Of a stretch of 64,000 nucleotides of DNA, positions 18,122-27,774 are shown piece by piece. Source of the DNA: Gammaproteobacteria bacterium. GTDB taxonomy: Bacteria > Pseudomonadota > Gammaproteobacteria > Ga0077554 > Ga007554. Each line of letters begins with the position of its first letter. Position 1 is the first letter of the stretch. The translations under genes and the position numbers were made by a program. The DNA lies in assembly GCA_021731145.1 (NCBI GenBank), contig JAKFXX010000007.1, forward strand, positions 72,108-136,107, in the 5' to 3' direction. The notes below the pieces were generated by a model that had not been told where the DNA came from, made no database searches, and saw only the letters and a program-made list of their open reading frames with translations.

Positions 18122-19660
18122 ATGGCAATTAAGAAATTAGGTGTTACCGTCTTATCTCTCGCATTGTTCAATCCATCCGCGTGGGCTGGAGAAAAAGAAG
18201 ATCTTGAAAAACTGCGCGGAACTACCAAAGGACTGATTCAAATTCTGGTGGAGCAGGGCGCGATTACCAAGGAAAAGGCCGGGGAGTTAATACGCGAGAT
18301 CGAGAAATCTCCCACGGAAACGGAAACACCGGAAGAAGAAGTAGATAAGAAAACCGTGCGCGTGCCTTACGTGTCTGAAACGGTCAAGCAGGAAATGACG
18401 GAGCAGATCCGGATGGATGTGCTGGCACAAGCCAAGCGGGAACAGTGGGGCAAGCCCGGCGCAATCCCTGAGTGGGCACAGAAAATAAGGTGGGAAGGCG
18501 ATTTTCGCTTGCGTTCACAGAGCGATATGTTTCAGAGCGACAACTTTAACCTCCTGCCAAACTATCTGGAGATTAACCGGGTTGGCGGTCCGGCGAATAC
18601 GGATAATCCCTTTCTGAATACTACTAATGACCGGGAGCGTTTACGGTTGCGGGCAAGGCTGAGCATGCTCGCCGAAGTCACGCAAGGGGTCACGGCGGCA
18701 TTCCGTCTGGCCACCGGTAGTGCCAATGATCCTGTTTCGACCAACCAGACATTGGGCAATATGGGCAATCGTTTTAATTTTATGCTTGATCAAGCCTACA
18801 TCAAGCTGGAGCCTTATCAATGGTTGACGCTGGTGGGTGGCAAGATACCCAATCCCTGGTTTGGCACCGACCTGGTGTGGGACGAGGATCTTAACTTCGA
18901 TGGCGCCGCCGTGCAATTCAAACCGCGCATCGGCAACGAACTGGTATGGTTCTCAACGCTGGGTGCTTTTCCGTTGCAGGAAATCGAGCTGTCGAAAAAG
19001 GACAAATGGCTATACGGTGCGCAGACCGGTGTCGATTGGAATCGAAGCCAGTTCAGGGCGAGATTTGGCGTGGCTTATTATGACTACCAGAATATCACCG
19101 GGCAAAGAAAAGCGCCCAATGATCCTTCTCAGGATTTTACCGCGCCGCAGTTTATGCAGAAAGGTAATACCTTGTTTGATATTTCACAAACTCAAAACAG
19201 TGGCAGGTACGCGCTTGCATCTGAATACAAAGAATTGAACATAACCGCCAACCTCGATATATACACATTTTCCCCGGTACACATCACGCTGACAGGCGAT
19301 TATGTCAAGAATATTGGGTTTAAAAAAGAAGACATAGTGCAGCGTACCGGGAGAGATGTCGACCAGCAGAATCAGGCATATTTGGGCAGGGTTGCTGTCG
19401 GCATGCCGAGGATCAAGCATCGCCACGACTGGCAGGTGTTCGGTGGTTATAAACACCTGGAAAGCGACGCCGTATTGGATGCCTTCACAGATTCCGATTT
19501 CCATCTGGGGGGCACCAATGCCAAAGGCTGGATCGCGGGCGGTAGCTATGGTGTTGCCACCGATACCTGGCTGACACTGCGCTGGTTGAGCGCGGATCAG
19601 ATAGTTGGGCCGCCGCTTGCCATCGACGTTATGCAACTTGATTTGAACGTGAGATTTTGA
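18122..19660 (+). CDS. Putative porin-like outer-membrane beta-barrel with an N-terminal charged/coiled segment
   Basis: Signal peptide ...LFNPSAWA. About 90 aa of Glu/Lys-rich helix. Alternating beta-strand-like sequence follows. The terminal LDLNVRF carries an OMP-type C-terminal Phe. Confidence 0.65.
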   Translation: MAIKKLGVTVLSLALFNPSAWAGEKEDLEKLRGTTKGLIQILVEQGAITKEKAGELIREIEKSPTETETPEEEVDKKTVRVPYVSETVKQEMTEQIRMDVLAQAKREQWGKPGAIPEWAQKIRWEGDFRLRSQSDMFQSDNFNLLPNYLEINRVGGPANTDNPFLNTTNDRERLRLRARLSMLAEVTQGVTAAFRLATGSANDPVSTNQTLGNMGNRFNFMLDQAYIKLEPYQWLTLVGGKIPNPWFGTDLVWDEDLNFDGAAVQFKPRIGNELVWFSTLGAFPLQEIELSKKDKWLYGAQTGVDWNRSQFRARFGVAYYDYQNITGQRKAPNDPSQDFTAPQFMQKGNTLFDISQTQNSGRYALASEYKELNITANLDIYTFSPVHITLTGDYVKNIGFKKEDIVQRTGRDVDQQNQAYLGRVAVGMPRIKHRHDWQVFGGYKHLESDAVLDAFTDSDFHLGGTNAKGWIAGGSYGVATDTWLTLRWLSADQIVGPPLAIDVMQLDLNVRF

Positions 19661-19717
19661 CCTGTGTATTTTTTAGAGTCACGGAACACGGCCGGGACCA
19701 GACAGGAGGTGAATGTC

Positions 19718-20416
19718 ATGATCCGTCATAAAGGATGGCTTCTGCTTGTAATGTTCACTCTAGGGTTGGCCGGAAATGCCGCTGCGGATTCCGGTGACAA
19801 AAAAGAACGCGAGGCGCTAAGAAAAATGCGCCTCATGATACAGACGTTTGAACAGGAAAAATCGGCGCTGCAGCAGGAAAACAATAGCCTGAACGAGAAA
19901 GTGAAGGCACTGGGTAGCCAGGTCGGTGACATCAAAAGCGCTTCCACAGGCCAGATCAGGAAAAAAGATGCTCGTTTGGGCGAGGTTGAAAAGGAACTGG
20001 TTGCTGTCAAACAGGAAAATCAGTTTCTGGTAGCCAAGCTGCAAAGTACCCAGCAGAGTCTGGAAGAATTGACGCTGAAGCACAAGGAGGTTGTTCAGGC
20101 CGCGCAAAACAGTCTTCAGGACGGCGTCAAGCAAGGCGAGGAGTATAACAATAAGATAAAAGAGGCTGAAGTCAAAATTTCTCAGCAGTCTCAAGCTATT
20201 GACATGTGCGAGAAGAAGAATCTGGCGCTTTACAATCTCAATATGGAGATTCTGGAGAAATACAAGAGTAAGGGTGTTTGGGGATCATTTATTCAGGCTG
20301 AGCCCTTTACGCAAATAAAGCGCGTTGAAATTGAGAATACACTGCAAGAATATAAGGACAAGCTTGACAGCCAAAAAATGGAAAAATCTGGACCCGGCAC
20401 CGGCAAGGGAGGATAG
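19718..20416 (+). CDS. Secreted/periplasmic coiled-coil protein
   Basis: An aggagg RBS precedes ATG 19718. Signal peptide MIRHKGWLLLVMFTLGLAGNAAA. The remainder is heptad-like and rich in Glu/Lys/Gln/Leu. Confidence 0.7.
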   Translation: MIRHKGWLLLVMFTLGLAGNAAADSGDKKEREALRKMRLMIQTFEQEKSALQQENNSLNEKVKALGSQVGDIKSASTGQIRKKDARLGEVEKELVAVKQENQFLVAKLQSTQQSLEELTLKHKEVVQAAQNSLQDGVKQGEEYNNKIKEAEVKISQQSQAIDMCEKKNLALYNLNMEILEKYKSKGVWGSFIQAEPFTQIKRVEIENTLQEYKDKLDSQKMEKSGPGTGKGG

Positions 20417-20472
20417 GAAACGCTGGGGGTAAGTGGCATAATCCCTTGCCGCTACTCTAATAAAATGCATCC

Positions 20473-21162
20473 ATGAGTCCAATTTCACGCCCTGCCTTTA
20501 GCCGTATTTTCCCCTTTGCGATTTATATTGCCTTTTTGGCCATTGCCTCCGGCATGTCCACCTTGCAGGATATGGGCTATATCAAAGACTGGGATTTGCG
20601 CTGGCTCTATCCTGTCAAGGTGGGTTTGGTGTTGCTGGCGCTGCTAGGGTTATGGCGCCATTATTCTGAACTTTCCAGGCCAGCCAATGTAAAGGCGGGG
20701 GACTGGATCGTTGCCGGGATCACGGGTGTTGTGGTTTTTGTGATCTGGATTAACCTGGACCAGGCGTGGGCGACAATGGGCAGCGAGTCACGCGGCTTCA
20801 GTCCGGTATCAGAAGGGGGCGAAATTGACTGGATACTGGTGGCATTCCGTCTGATAGGCGCGGCTATGATAGTGCCTGTCATGGAGGAGTTGTTCTGGCG
20901 TTCGTTTGTGATGCGCTGGATAGATAACCCGGATTTTCTTCGCATCAATCCAGCTCAAATCAGCATTAAGTCGTTTGTTATAGCTTCGGTACTTTTTGGT
21001 ATCGAACACAATCTGTGGCTGGCGGGCATCATTGCCGGGATTGCCTATGGTTGGCTATACAAGCGCAGTGCCAATCTTTGGGTTCCTGTATTTTCACATG
21101 CCGTCACCAACGGCCTGCTTGGCATCTGGGTGATCTATTCCGGAAATTGGCAGTTCTGGTGA
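20473..21162 (+). CDS. CPBP (CAAX-type) intramembrane metalloprotease, resembling the PEP-CTERM-associated subfamily
   Basis: Multi-TM protein with the motifs EELFWRSF, FGIEH and HAVTN. Confidence 0.85.
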   Translation: MSPISRPAFSRIFPFAIYIAFLAIASGMSTLQDMGYIKDWDLRWLYPVKVGLVLLALLGLWRHYSELSRPANVKAGDWIVAGITGVVVFVIWINLDQAWATMGSESRGFSPVSEGGEIDWILVAFRLIGAAMIVPVMEELFWRSFVMRWIDNPDFLRINPAQISIKSFVIASVLFGIEHNLWLAGIIAGIAYGWLYKRSANLWVPVFSHAVTNGLLGIWVIYSGNWQFW

Positions 21163-21359
21163 AACATCCTTAGCAGTCCTTCCTCTCGGGAAAGCCGCGC
21201 CTTTTTACCCCCTCCTCCTTTGGCTGATAGCCCATAAATTATTCGGCCGCTGTACGTAATCAGATTGTCATATTGACGGACTATTATTGCCCCCAGGTTA
21301 CATAGCTTTTAACGCCAGCGCATCCTTAATAACCGGCACTGCATTCTACGGAGATTAAC

Positions 21360-22133
21360 TTGAGAAAAATATTGTGTCTCATGGCGTGCGCCATTCTTGC
21401 TGCGTGCTCGGTAAATCCGCCAGCACATACCGGCAATGAAGAAATTCTCAATAAACTTGGGGAAATGAGCAAGCAGATCACTACGCTGAGTGATGATGTC
21501 AGCGTGATCAAGAAAGCGTTGGCCGTTGCGATGGGCGGCGCACCTGAGCAGCCGAAACCACCCGTTATTACTACGATTGATCTCGATGACGCCTCCCCTG
21601 TGAGGGGTGATGAAAATGCCACGGTGGCAATTGTTGAGTTTTCAGATTACCAGTGCCCATTTTGCGGCCGCTTTCATGCGCAGGTTCTACCCAGCCTGAA
21701 GAAAGCATATATAGATGCCGGGAAAGTCCGGCATATTTTTCGTGATTTTCCGCTTGATTTTCACCCTCAAGCAAAGGATGCGAGCATTGCTGCGAACTGT
21801 GTTGGTGAGCAGAAGGCCTATTGGGAGATGCACGACAGTTTGTTTGCAAATCAAAATCGCCTTGGCGCCGCTTTATATGAAGAGCTTGCTAAAAAGATGA
21901 ATCTTGATATGGCCTCTTTTCAAGCATGCCTGAAGAATGCGAAGCAGGCGGAAAAAATTGAGAAAGACCTGTCTTATGGGCAAAGCCTTGGGATAGACGG
22001 AACCCCCAGCTTTTTCATTGGACGCATTGAAGGCAAGAAGCTTGTGGATGTTAAGCAGATAGTAGGCGCACAGCCCCCGGCAGTGTTTGCCCAGGCAATT
22101 GAGGCTGCCTTGGGGGGCGCGCCTAAAAATTGA
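21360..22133 (+). CDS. DsbA-family thiol:disulfide oxidoreductase lipoprotein
   Basis: Lipobox LAACS (TTG start 21360; alternative ATG 21381). Thioredoxin active site YQCPFCGRF. Confidence 0.85.
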   Translation: MRKILCLMACAILAACSVNPPAHTGNEEILNKLGEMSKQITTLSDDVSVIKKALAVAMGGAPEQPKPPVITTIDLDDASPVRGDENATVAIVEFSDYQCPFCGRFHAQVLPSLKKAYIDAGKVRHIFRDFPLDFHPQAKDASIAANCVGEQKAYWEMHDSLFANQNRLGAALYEELAKKMNLDMASFQACLKNAKQAEKIEKDLSYGQSLGIDGTPSFFIGRIEGKKLVDVKQIVGAQPPAVFAQAIEAALGGAPKN

Positions 22134-22185
22134 TGGCTGTTTTACTTACGAGATGAGTCCTCAGAGTAAGTGATATTTGATTTGT

Positions 22186-23382
22186 ATGCCCATTTACCAT
22201 TATAGCGCCTTGACAGAACGCGGCGTTTTGGCCGCAGGCGAGGGGGTTGCCACCTCGAGCGAAGCTTTACGCCAGGAATTGGTGGCGAAGGGTCTGCTGG
22301 TACAAGACATCCGTCAAAAAAACTCTGGATTGGGCTTGCGCCTAAAGCGCATCAAAGCGGAGGAATTTCTGCTGTTTAACCAGGAGTTTGTGGCACTCAT
22401 ACGCGCGGGTTTGACAATACCCGACGCCTTGAAAATAGCGGCGGATCGTCCTGATAGCCCGATGTTGGCCAGCCTCCTGCGGCACGTGAATGAAGAGGTG
22501 CATGGTGGTGCGTTACTTTCCGAAGCCTGCTCCAGGCACCCCGAGGTATTCGATGGTCTTTACGTCTCTGCGATAAAAACCGGCGAAAAGACCGGCGTGC
22601 TGGCGACGGTTCTGGAGAAATATCAAGCCTACCTCAAACGCCGGGTTGGTTTGCAGAAAACCATTTCACATGCGCTGACCTATCCGGTGTTTTTGTTGCT
22701 GGTGTTAGGCACGGTGCTGGGTGTGCTGTTTTTGTTTGTCATGCCGCGTTTTGTTGCGATGTATACCGATTTTGGCGCTGAACTGCCGCTACCCACACAA
22801 ATTCTCGTTACCTTGGTAAATAATTTGCCTTTTTATTTACCCGTGGTGTTATTGCTGGGCACGCTCGGATGGTTCGCCATCCAAGCCTGGGTAAAGACCG
22901 ATGCAGGGCGTCTGCGGGCAGATCATTTGAAGGGACGGCTGCCGATACTGGGGAAGGTCTATCAGGATATTGCCATCGTGCAACTGGTGCGGACGCTTGC
23001 CACCCTGCTCTCCGGTGGTACGCCCTTGGTCGAGGCCATGCGCATCACGCAGGATTCACTTACCAATCGCGCCAAGGCGCGTGCGTTGGCTCAGGCCGAA
23101 AACCTGGTGATGGGGGGGCAAAGCCTGGCGTCTGCCATGCGCAATACGCAACTCATGCCGGGAACGGCAATAAAGATGATTGAGGTGGGCGAGGCGTCGG
23201 GTGGGCTTGATGCCATGCTGGAGGAAATCGCCCAGTTCTATGAGGAAGTACTGACTAATAAACTTGCACGCATGACAGCATTGATTGAGCCTTTATTGAT
23301 GCTGATCATGGGCGTCATGATAGGCGGCACGATCATCGTGATGTATTTGCCGATCTTTCAGATTGCGGACATCGTCAAATGA
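22186..23382 (+). CDS. gspF: Type II secretion / type IV pilus platform protein (GspF/PilC family)
   Basis: About 400 aa with a duplicated T2SS-F architecture and three TM segments. Its stop overlaps the next start (ATGA). Confidence 0.9.
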   Translation: MPIYHYSALTERGVLAAGEGVATSSEALRQELVAKGLLVQDIRQKNSGLGLRLKRIKAEEFLLFNQEFVALIRAGLTIPDALKIAADRPDSPMLASLLRHVNEEVHGGALLSEACSRHPEVFDGLYVSAIKTGEKTGVLATVLEKYQAYLKRRVGLQKTISHALTYPVFLLLVLGTVLGVLFLFVMPRFVAMYTDFGAELPLPTQILVTLVNNLPFYLPVVLLLGTLGWFAIQAWVKTDAGRLRADHLKGRLPILGKVYQDIAIVQLVRTLATLLSGGTPLVEAMRITQDSLTNRAKARALAQAENLVMGGQSLASAMRNTQLMPGTAIKMIEVGEASGGLDAMLEEIAQFYEEVLTNKLARMTALIEPLLMLIMGVMIGGTIIVMYLPIFQIADIVK

Positions 23383-25097
23383 GCCATCCCTTCAGTTACC
23401 GGAGGTTAGGAGAAATCCTGCTGGGCAAGCAGTATGTCAGCCATCATCAGATAGATGCCGTCCTGACAGGCAAAAAGGGCCGGCTGGGCGAGGTGTTGCT
23501 TGATGAAGGCCGCATTACGCCAGCGCAGTTGGCCGAGGCTCTGGCAGAACAGTGCGGCTTACCCTATGTTGACCTGGAGGGATTTGTTATTTCGCCAGAG
23601 TTGTACAGCTTGATATCTGCAACGCACGCCTATCAGTATGGGGTTGTTCCCTACCAGAGAGACGGAGAAGTGTTGATCGTTGTTGTTTCTCCCCCCTGCG
23701 ATATTACTTTGGCCGACCGCCTGGAATGTTTGAGCGGTTTACAGGTGCGCCTATTTGCCAGCAGTCCACAAGCGATTGCAGCGGTGTTGAAGCGCAGCGA
23801 AGGGAATTCCGAGGTACTGAAAGGCGTCTCCGAGGATTTCAAGCTTGCCATCGTCAAGGAGAATGACGATGGCAAGGAGCAATACGTGTCATTGGATGCG
23901 GCCAATGAAGATGCCGCAAGCCCGGTTATAAAGCTCATTAACAGCATGCTGTCGGCGGCCATTCAAAAGCGTGTCAGTGACGTACATATAGAGACCTACG
24001 AAAAAGGCATCTCGGTCAATTACCGTATCGATGGTGTTTTATACCCCGCGACCGATACGCTCGACCGGCGCCATCAGAGCGCGTTGGTGTCGCGCCTCAA
24101 GGTGATGGCGGAGTTGGATATCGCCGAAAAAAGGGTACCCCAGGATGGACGATTCAAGTTGCGCTTTGGTTCGCGTGACATAGATTTCAGGGTATCCATC
24201 CTGCCCAGTGTGTTCGGTGAAGATGTGGTTATCCGGATTCTGGACAAATCATCCATCACCGATGGGATGAAGAATCTACGTCTGGAAAGCTTGGGAATGG
24301 CACCTGAAATCCTGAAAAAATTTCGCAAGAGTATCCATGAACCCTATGGCATGGTGCTGATTACCGGCCCCACGGGCAGTGGAAAAACGACCACGCTGTA
24401 TGCGGCGCTCAGCGAATTGAATACCGGTGATGAAAAGATCATTACCATCGAAGATCCGGTCGAATATCAATTGCACGGCATCGTGCAAATCGCGGTAAAC
24501 GAGAAAAAAAATCTTACCTTTGCCAAGGGGCTGCGTTCCATACTGCGGCATGATCCTGACAAGATCATGGTAGGTGAAATACGCGATGGAGAAACAGCGC
24601 AGATTGCCGTTCAATCGGCGCTGACGGGGCATCTGGTGTTCACAACGGTGCATGCTAATAGTGCTTTCGATGTGCTCGGGCGCTTCAGCCATATGGGAGT
24701 GGATACGTATAACTTTGTTTCGGCGCTCAATTGCGTCATGGCACAACGCCTGGTTCGAATCATTTGCCCGAAATGCAAGCGTCAAACCGCGGTTGATGAT
24801 GACATTCTGGAGCTGTCCGGGCTCGATCCTGCACAATATCAAGATCAAGCATGGTACGAAGGCGCCGGCTGTGATTACTGCCACGGCACGGGTTATCGCG
24901 GCCGTGCCGCCGTTACCGAGTTTCTCGCTTTGTCGCCATCCATCCGCCAGATGATCATAGAACGGCGTCCGATCAATGAGATGCAGGCGGCGGCGGTGCA
25001 GAATGGGATGGTCACATTACGTCAATCCGCACTGGCGCTGGTGCTTTCAGGCCAGGCGACGCTGAAAGAGATTAATCGTGTCACTTTCGTTGAATAA
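23379..25097 (+). CDS. gspE: Type II secretion / type IV pilus assembly ATPase (GspE/PilB family)
   Basis: N-terminal T2SS-E N-domain (LGEVLLDEGRITPAQLAEALAEQ). Walker A GPTGSGKTTT. Tetracysteine CPKC...CDYC. Confidence 0.95.
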   Translation: MSHPFSYRRLGEILLGKQYVSHHQIDAVLTGKKGRLGEVLLDEGRITPAQLAEALAEQCGLPYVDLEGFVISPELYSLISATHAYQYGVVPYQRDGEVLIVVVSPPCDITLADRLECLSGLQVRLFASSPQAIAAVLKRSEGNSEVLKGVSEDFKLAIVKENDDGKEQYVSLDAANEDAASPVIKLINSMLSAAIQKRVSDVHIETYEKGISVNYRIDGVLYPATDTLDRRHQSALVSRLKVMAELDIAEKRVPQDGRFKLRFGSRDIDFRVSILPSVFGEDVVIRILDKSSITDGMKNLRLESLGMAPEILKKFRKSIHEPYGMVLITGPTGSGKTTTLYAALSELNTGDEKIITIEDPVEYQLHGIVQIAVNEKKNLTFAKGLRSILRHDPDKIMVGEIRDGETAQIAVQSALTGHLVFTTVHANSAFDVLGRFSHMGVDTYNFVSALNCVMAQRLVRIICPKCKRQTAVDDDILELSGLDPAQYQDQAWYEGAGCDYCHGTGYRGRAAVTEFLALSPSIRQMIIERRPINEMQAAAVQNGMVTLRQSALALVLSGQATLKEINRVTFVE

Positions 25098-26034
25098 TCT
25101 GTTTGACAGTATTGCACCGCGCTCTAAAGCCGTTTTTGGAATCGGCATCGGCAGGGATCGTCTTTCTGCCGCGCATGTTGTTACTACAAAACAGGCGAGA
25201 CATATCGAACGGATCAGGCAGATAAATCTGCCTTTCACACTATTCAGTGGCACCCCTACGCCCGAGATAGGTCATGGGCTTTCATCCTTGTTGGGCGAGT
25301 TATGCGGTGAAGTCAAAAGGTCGCATATTCCCATTCAGATCGCATTGCCTGACCCGGTGGTGAGCTTGCGTGTCTTCGAGTTGGGTGCCATTCCTAAAAC
25401 CAGAAAAGAGCAACTGGCGCTTGTCCACTGGCGGTTCAACAAGGAGTTGAATTTGGGGGGGCGCGCCATTGAATGCAGTTGCCAGCCTTTGGGCGTGGAT
25501 AACGACAAACATCTCTTGTTGGCGATGGCTATCGATCAGGCTTGGTTGGATTGCCTGAAGGAGGCGTGCCGGGACGCGGGTGTGATCAGTACGGTCATCG
25601 ACATGGCGGCGTGTTATCGCTCTAACCGTTTTTACGAACGCTTCTCTTGCGATGGCGCCGATGTAGTTGTTATTTCATTGGATGACGACGCCTGGACAGT
25701 GTCCATTTCGGACGCGCAAGGCCGTTTACGCTTTGTCCGCTCGCGTTGGCGTGAAACCATGCCGGAGCGGGAGAGGGAATATCAGGAAATAGCCGCCGAG
25801 TCAGAAAAGATGGTGCGCCTCTATGCGCATGCCGCCCCTGGCCGGAGCATAAAAAACATACACGCAATAGGTGATGCCAAGGATGTCTCTGGGGTCGCGG
25901 ATTTATTGGATCAACGCATGGCGGGGAAATGTATCAGGGTGGCCGGAGGAGTCGAGTTTATATCTAAGCAAGGCGTGTCCGGAAATACTGTAGACAGTAT
26001 GGTGTCAACCCTGTCGGCAACGGTGTTGCGATGA
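25078..26034 (+). CDS. PilM/GspL-like cytoplasmic assembly protein (actin-like fold inferred)
   Basis: Position and size fit. N-terminus AVFGIGIGRDRLSAAHVV resembles the PilM phosphate-1 strand. GTG start overlaps the gspE end. Confidence 0.45.
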   Translation: MSLSLNNLFDSIAPRSKAVFGIGIGRDRLSAAHVVTTKQARHIERIRQINLPFTLFSGTPTPEIGHGLSSLLGELCGEVKRSHIPIQIALPDPVVSLRVFELGAIPKTRKEQLALVHWRFNKELNLGGRAIECSCQPLGVDNDKHLLLAMAIDQAWLDCLKEACRDAGVISTVIDMAACYRSNRFYERFSCDGADVVVISLDDDAWTVSISDAQGRLRFVRSRWRETMPEREREYQEIAAESEKMVRLYAHAAPGRSIKNIHAIGDAKDVSGVADLLDQRMAGKCIRVAGGVEFISKQGVSGNTVDSMVSTLSATVLR

Positions 26035-26573
26035 AAATCATAACGAATTTTTCGACGTCATCCGCTGGCATGGCGCCGCGGATCATGATGATATTGTGGG
26101 CAACGGCGTTGCTGGCCGCGCTGTTAGCCGCTGGGATGGCTATGCAAACATCCCAATTGAAACAGACGAAGCTGGACTTGGAGCGTCAATTGTCAAAACT
26201 CCAAAACAGGCACGTCGCTGGGATCCCGAAAGTATTTCCCCGTCATGAAGAGCTTGTCACGTTAAAGAAGCGCATAGACGCTGTTTCATCCATATCAAAT
26301 AGTGGGGAAGGGTCACTATCCGCGTTCCTGAGAAAAATAGAGCTGCTATTGCCTGACGAAGCCTATCTTGTGACACTTCACTACAAGGGAGATACCAGGG
26401 AGGCTCAGATTACGGCTGAGGCAGGCAGCGCAAAAATACTTACCGGTTTTTTGCGTGATCTTGAAAAAGAGAAAAGCTTCCTTGAAGTTTTGCTGACAAA
26501 ACAGTCGCAGCGCACATTGAACGATAAGCAGATTGTTCAGTTCGATCTGCGTATAAAGGAGCGTCTTTCATGA
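26031..26573 (+). CDS. PilN/GspL-C-like bitopic inner-membrane assembly protein
   Basis: Single TM IMMILWATALLAALLAAGMA followed by a coiled segment and a ferredoxin-like-sized periplasmic domain. 4-bp overlap with neighbours on both sides. Confidence 0.5.
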   Translation: MKIITNFSTSSAGMAPRIMMILWATALLAALLAAGMAMQTSQLKQTKLDLERQLSKLQNRHVAGIPKVFPRHEELVTLKKRIDAVSSISNSGEGSLSAFLRKIELLLPDEAYLVTLHYKGDTREAQITAEAGSAKILTGFLRDLEKEKSFLEVLLTKQSQRTLNDKQIVQFDLRIKERLS

Positions 26574-27139
26574 AGGCGACGCATCCTTTTGCGGAAAACA
26601 TATGGTATTCGCTACGCCATCCCCTGATCAAGGCGGGGATGGCGGCTAGCGGGGCCGCCATAACCCTGGCCATTGTAGTCTGTTTTGGATATTGGATGCC
26701 CGTGCGTAACGATATCAACAGCCTCTCTGAATCGGTTAATCTCGAACGTAAGCGGATTGTTGATGATACGCGTTCCGTGCAAATTTATAACGCATATTTG
26801 AGCGCTATAAAACAGCTTTCGGCCATTGATAAAAAAATTAACAGCCCTGCCGGTCATGCAGATCTTGTGAATAATATTGATAGTATCGCAATACAAAGAA
26901 AAGTAACGATTATTTCTGAATCCTACGATGAGGGTAAAGAAAGGAATGGTTACACGTCGCTGTATATGGAGTTGGCATTACAGGGAGACTATCAGGGGCT
27001 GAATGAATTTCTTGTTGATATTCGTGGCCTGCCAACCTGGACTGTTGTTGGGGAAGGGTCGATAAGCCGCTTGGCAGGACAGCAGGATTTGGTTAAGGCG
27101 CAATTGCGTTTAATAACTTATCACAAGACGGGAATATGA
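26570..27139 (+). CDS. PilO/GspM-like bitopic inner-membrane assembly protein
   Basis: Single TM AASGAAITLAIVVCFGYW, a coiled segment and a periplasmic domain. Translationally coupled to neighbours. Confidence 0.5.
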   Translation: MKATHPFAENIWYSLRHPLIKAGMAASGAAITLAIVVCFGYWMPVRNDINSLSESVNLERKRIVDDTRSVQIYNAYLSAIKQLSAIDKKINSPAGHADLVNNIDSIAIQRKVTIISESYDEGKERNGYTSLYMELALQGDYQGLNEFLVDIRGLPTWTVVGEGSISRLAGQQDLVKAQLRLITYHKTGI

Positions 27140-27768
27140 AAAGTTACAAGGAAGTAGCCATCAGACATCGCAATGCAATATTGCTGGTGATGGCTTTTGT
27201 CTTGATGGCCGCCAACGTATTGAATTGGGGCGCATGGGGTCAGGTCAATTCTCGGGAAGCGCCTGGAAGGGGATCAACGGCAGGGGGGTTCCAGGTTTCT
27301 GATTTTCAGATAAAAAATATGAATGTGCCTGAGGAGAAAGATAGCGCGATTGGCCGTGACTTGTTCTATCCTGTTTTTGAAGAATATTCAGAACCTGTTA
27401 AAGAAATAACATCCATTGCGGAGGATAATGAAAATATTAAACAAATAACTGATGCCGAGATACCTCCTCCCCTTCCGCAAAAAACTCCTGAACAACTTGA
27501 AGAGGAGATCGCACGGTCCGATGCCGCTAATTTTAAATATATTGGTACGATTTGGCGTGGAGGACAAGGCCAGGCGCTTTTGGTGAACACGGACAAGCGT
27601 TATTTCGTCTTTTCTGGAGACAAGGCAGGCAGCCGATTCGTTGTTGAAATGATAACGAACGACGCGGTCTCTCTAAGAGACCCTGTCACAAACGTGACGG
27701 CTCAAGTACTAATATCGGGAGGACCCGCATTAAAAGCGGCTCAAGAGACAAGTGACATTGAAAGATAG
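27136..27768 (+). CDS. PilP/GspC-HR-like protein
   Basis: N-terminal TM AILLVMAFVLMAANVL. C-terminal beta-sandwich-like FKYIGTIWRGGQGQALLVN...GDKAGSRFVVEMITNDAVSLRD. Lies immediately upstream of the secretin. Confidence 0.45.
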   Translation: MKSYKEVAIRHRNAILLVMAFVLMAANVLNWGAWGQVNSREAPGRGSTAGGFQVSDFQIKNMNVPEEKDSAIGRDLFYPVFEEYSEPVKEITSIAEDNENIKQITDAEIPPPLPQKTPEQLEEEIARSDAANFKYIGTIWRGGQGQALLVNTDKRYFVFSGDKAGSRFVVEMITNDAVSLRDPVTNVTAQVLISGGPALKAAQETSDIER

Positions 27769-27774
27769 CGTAAA

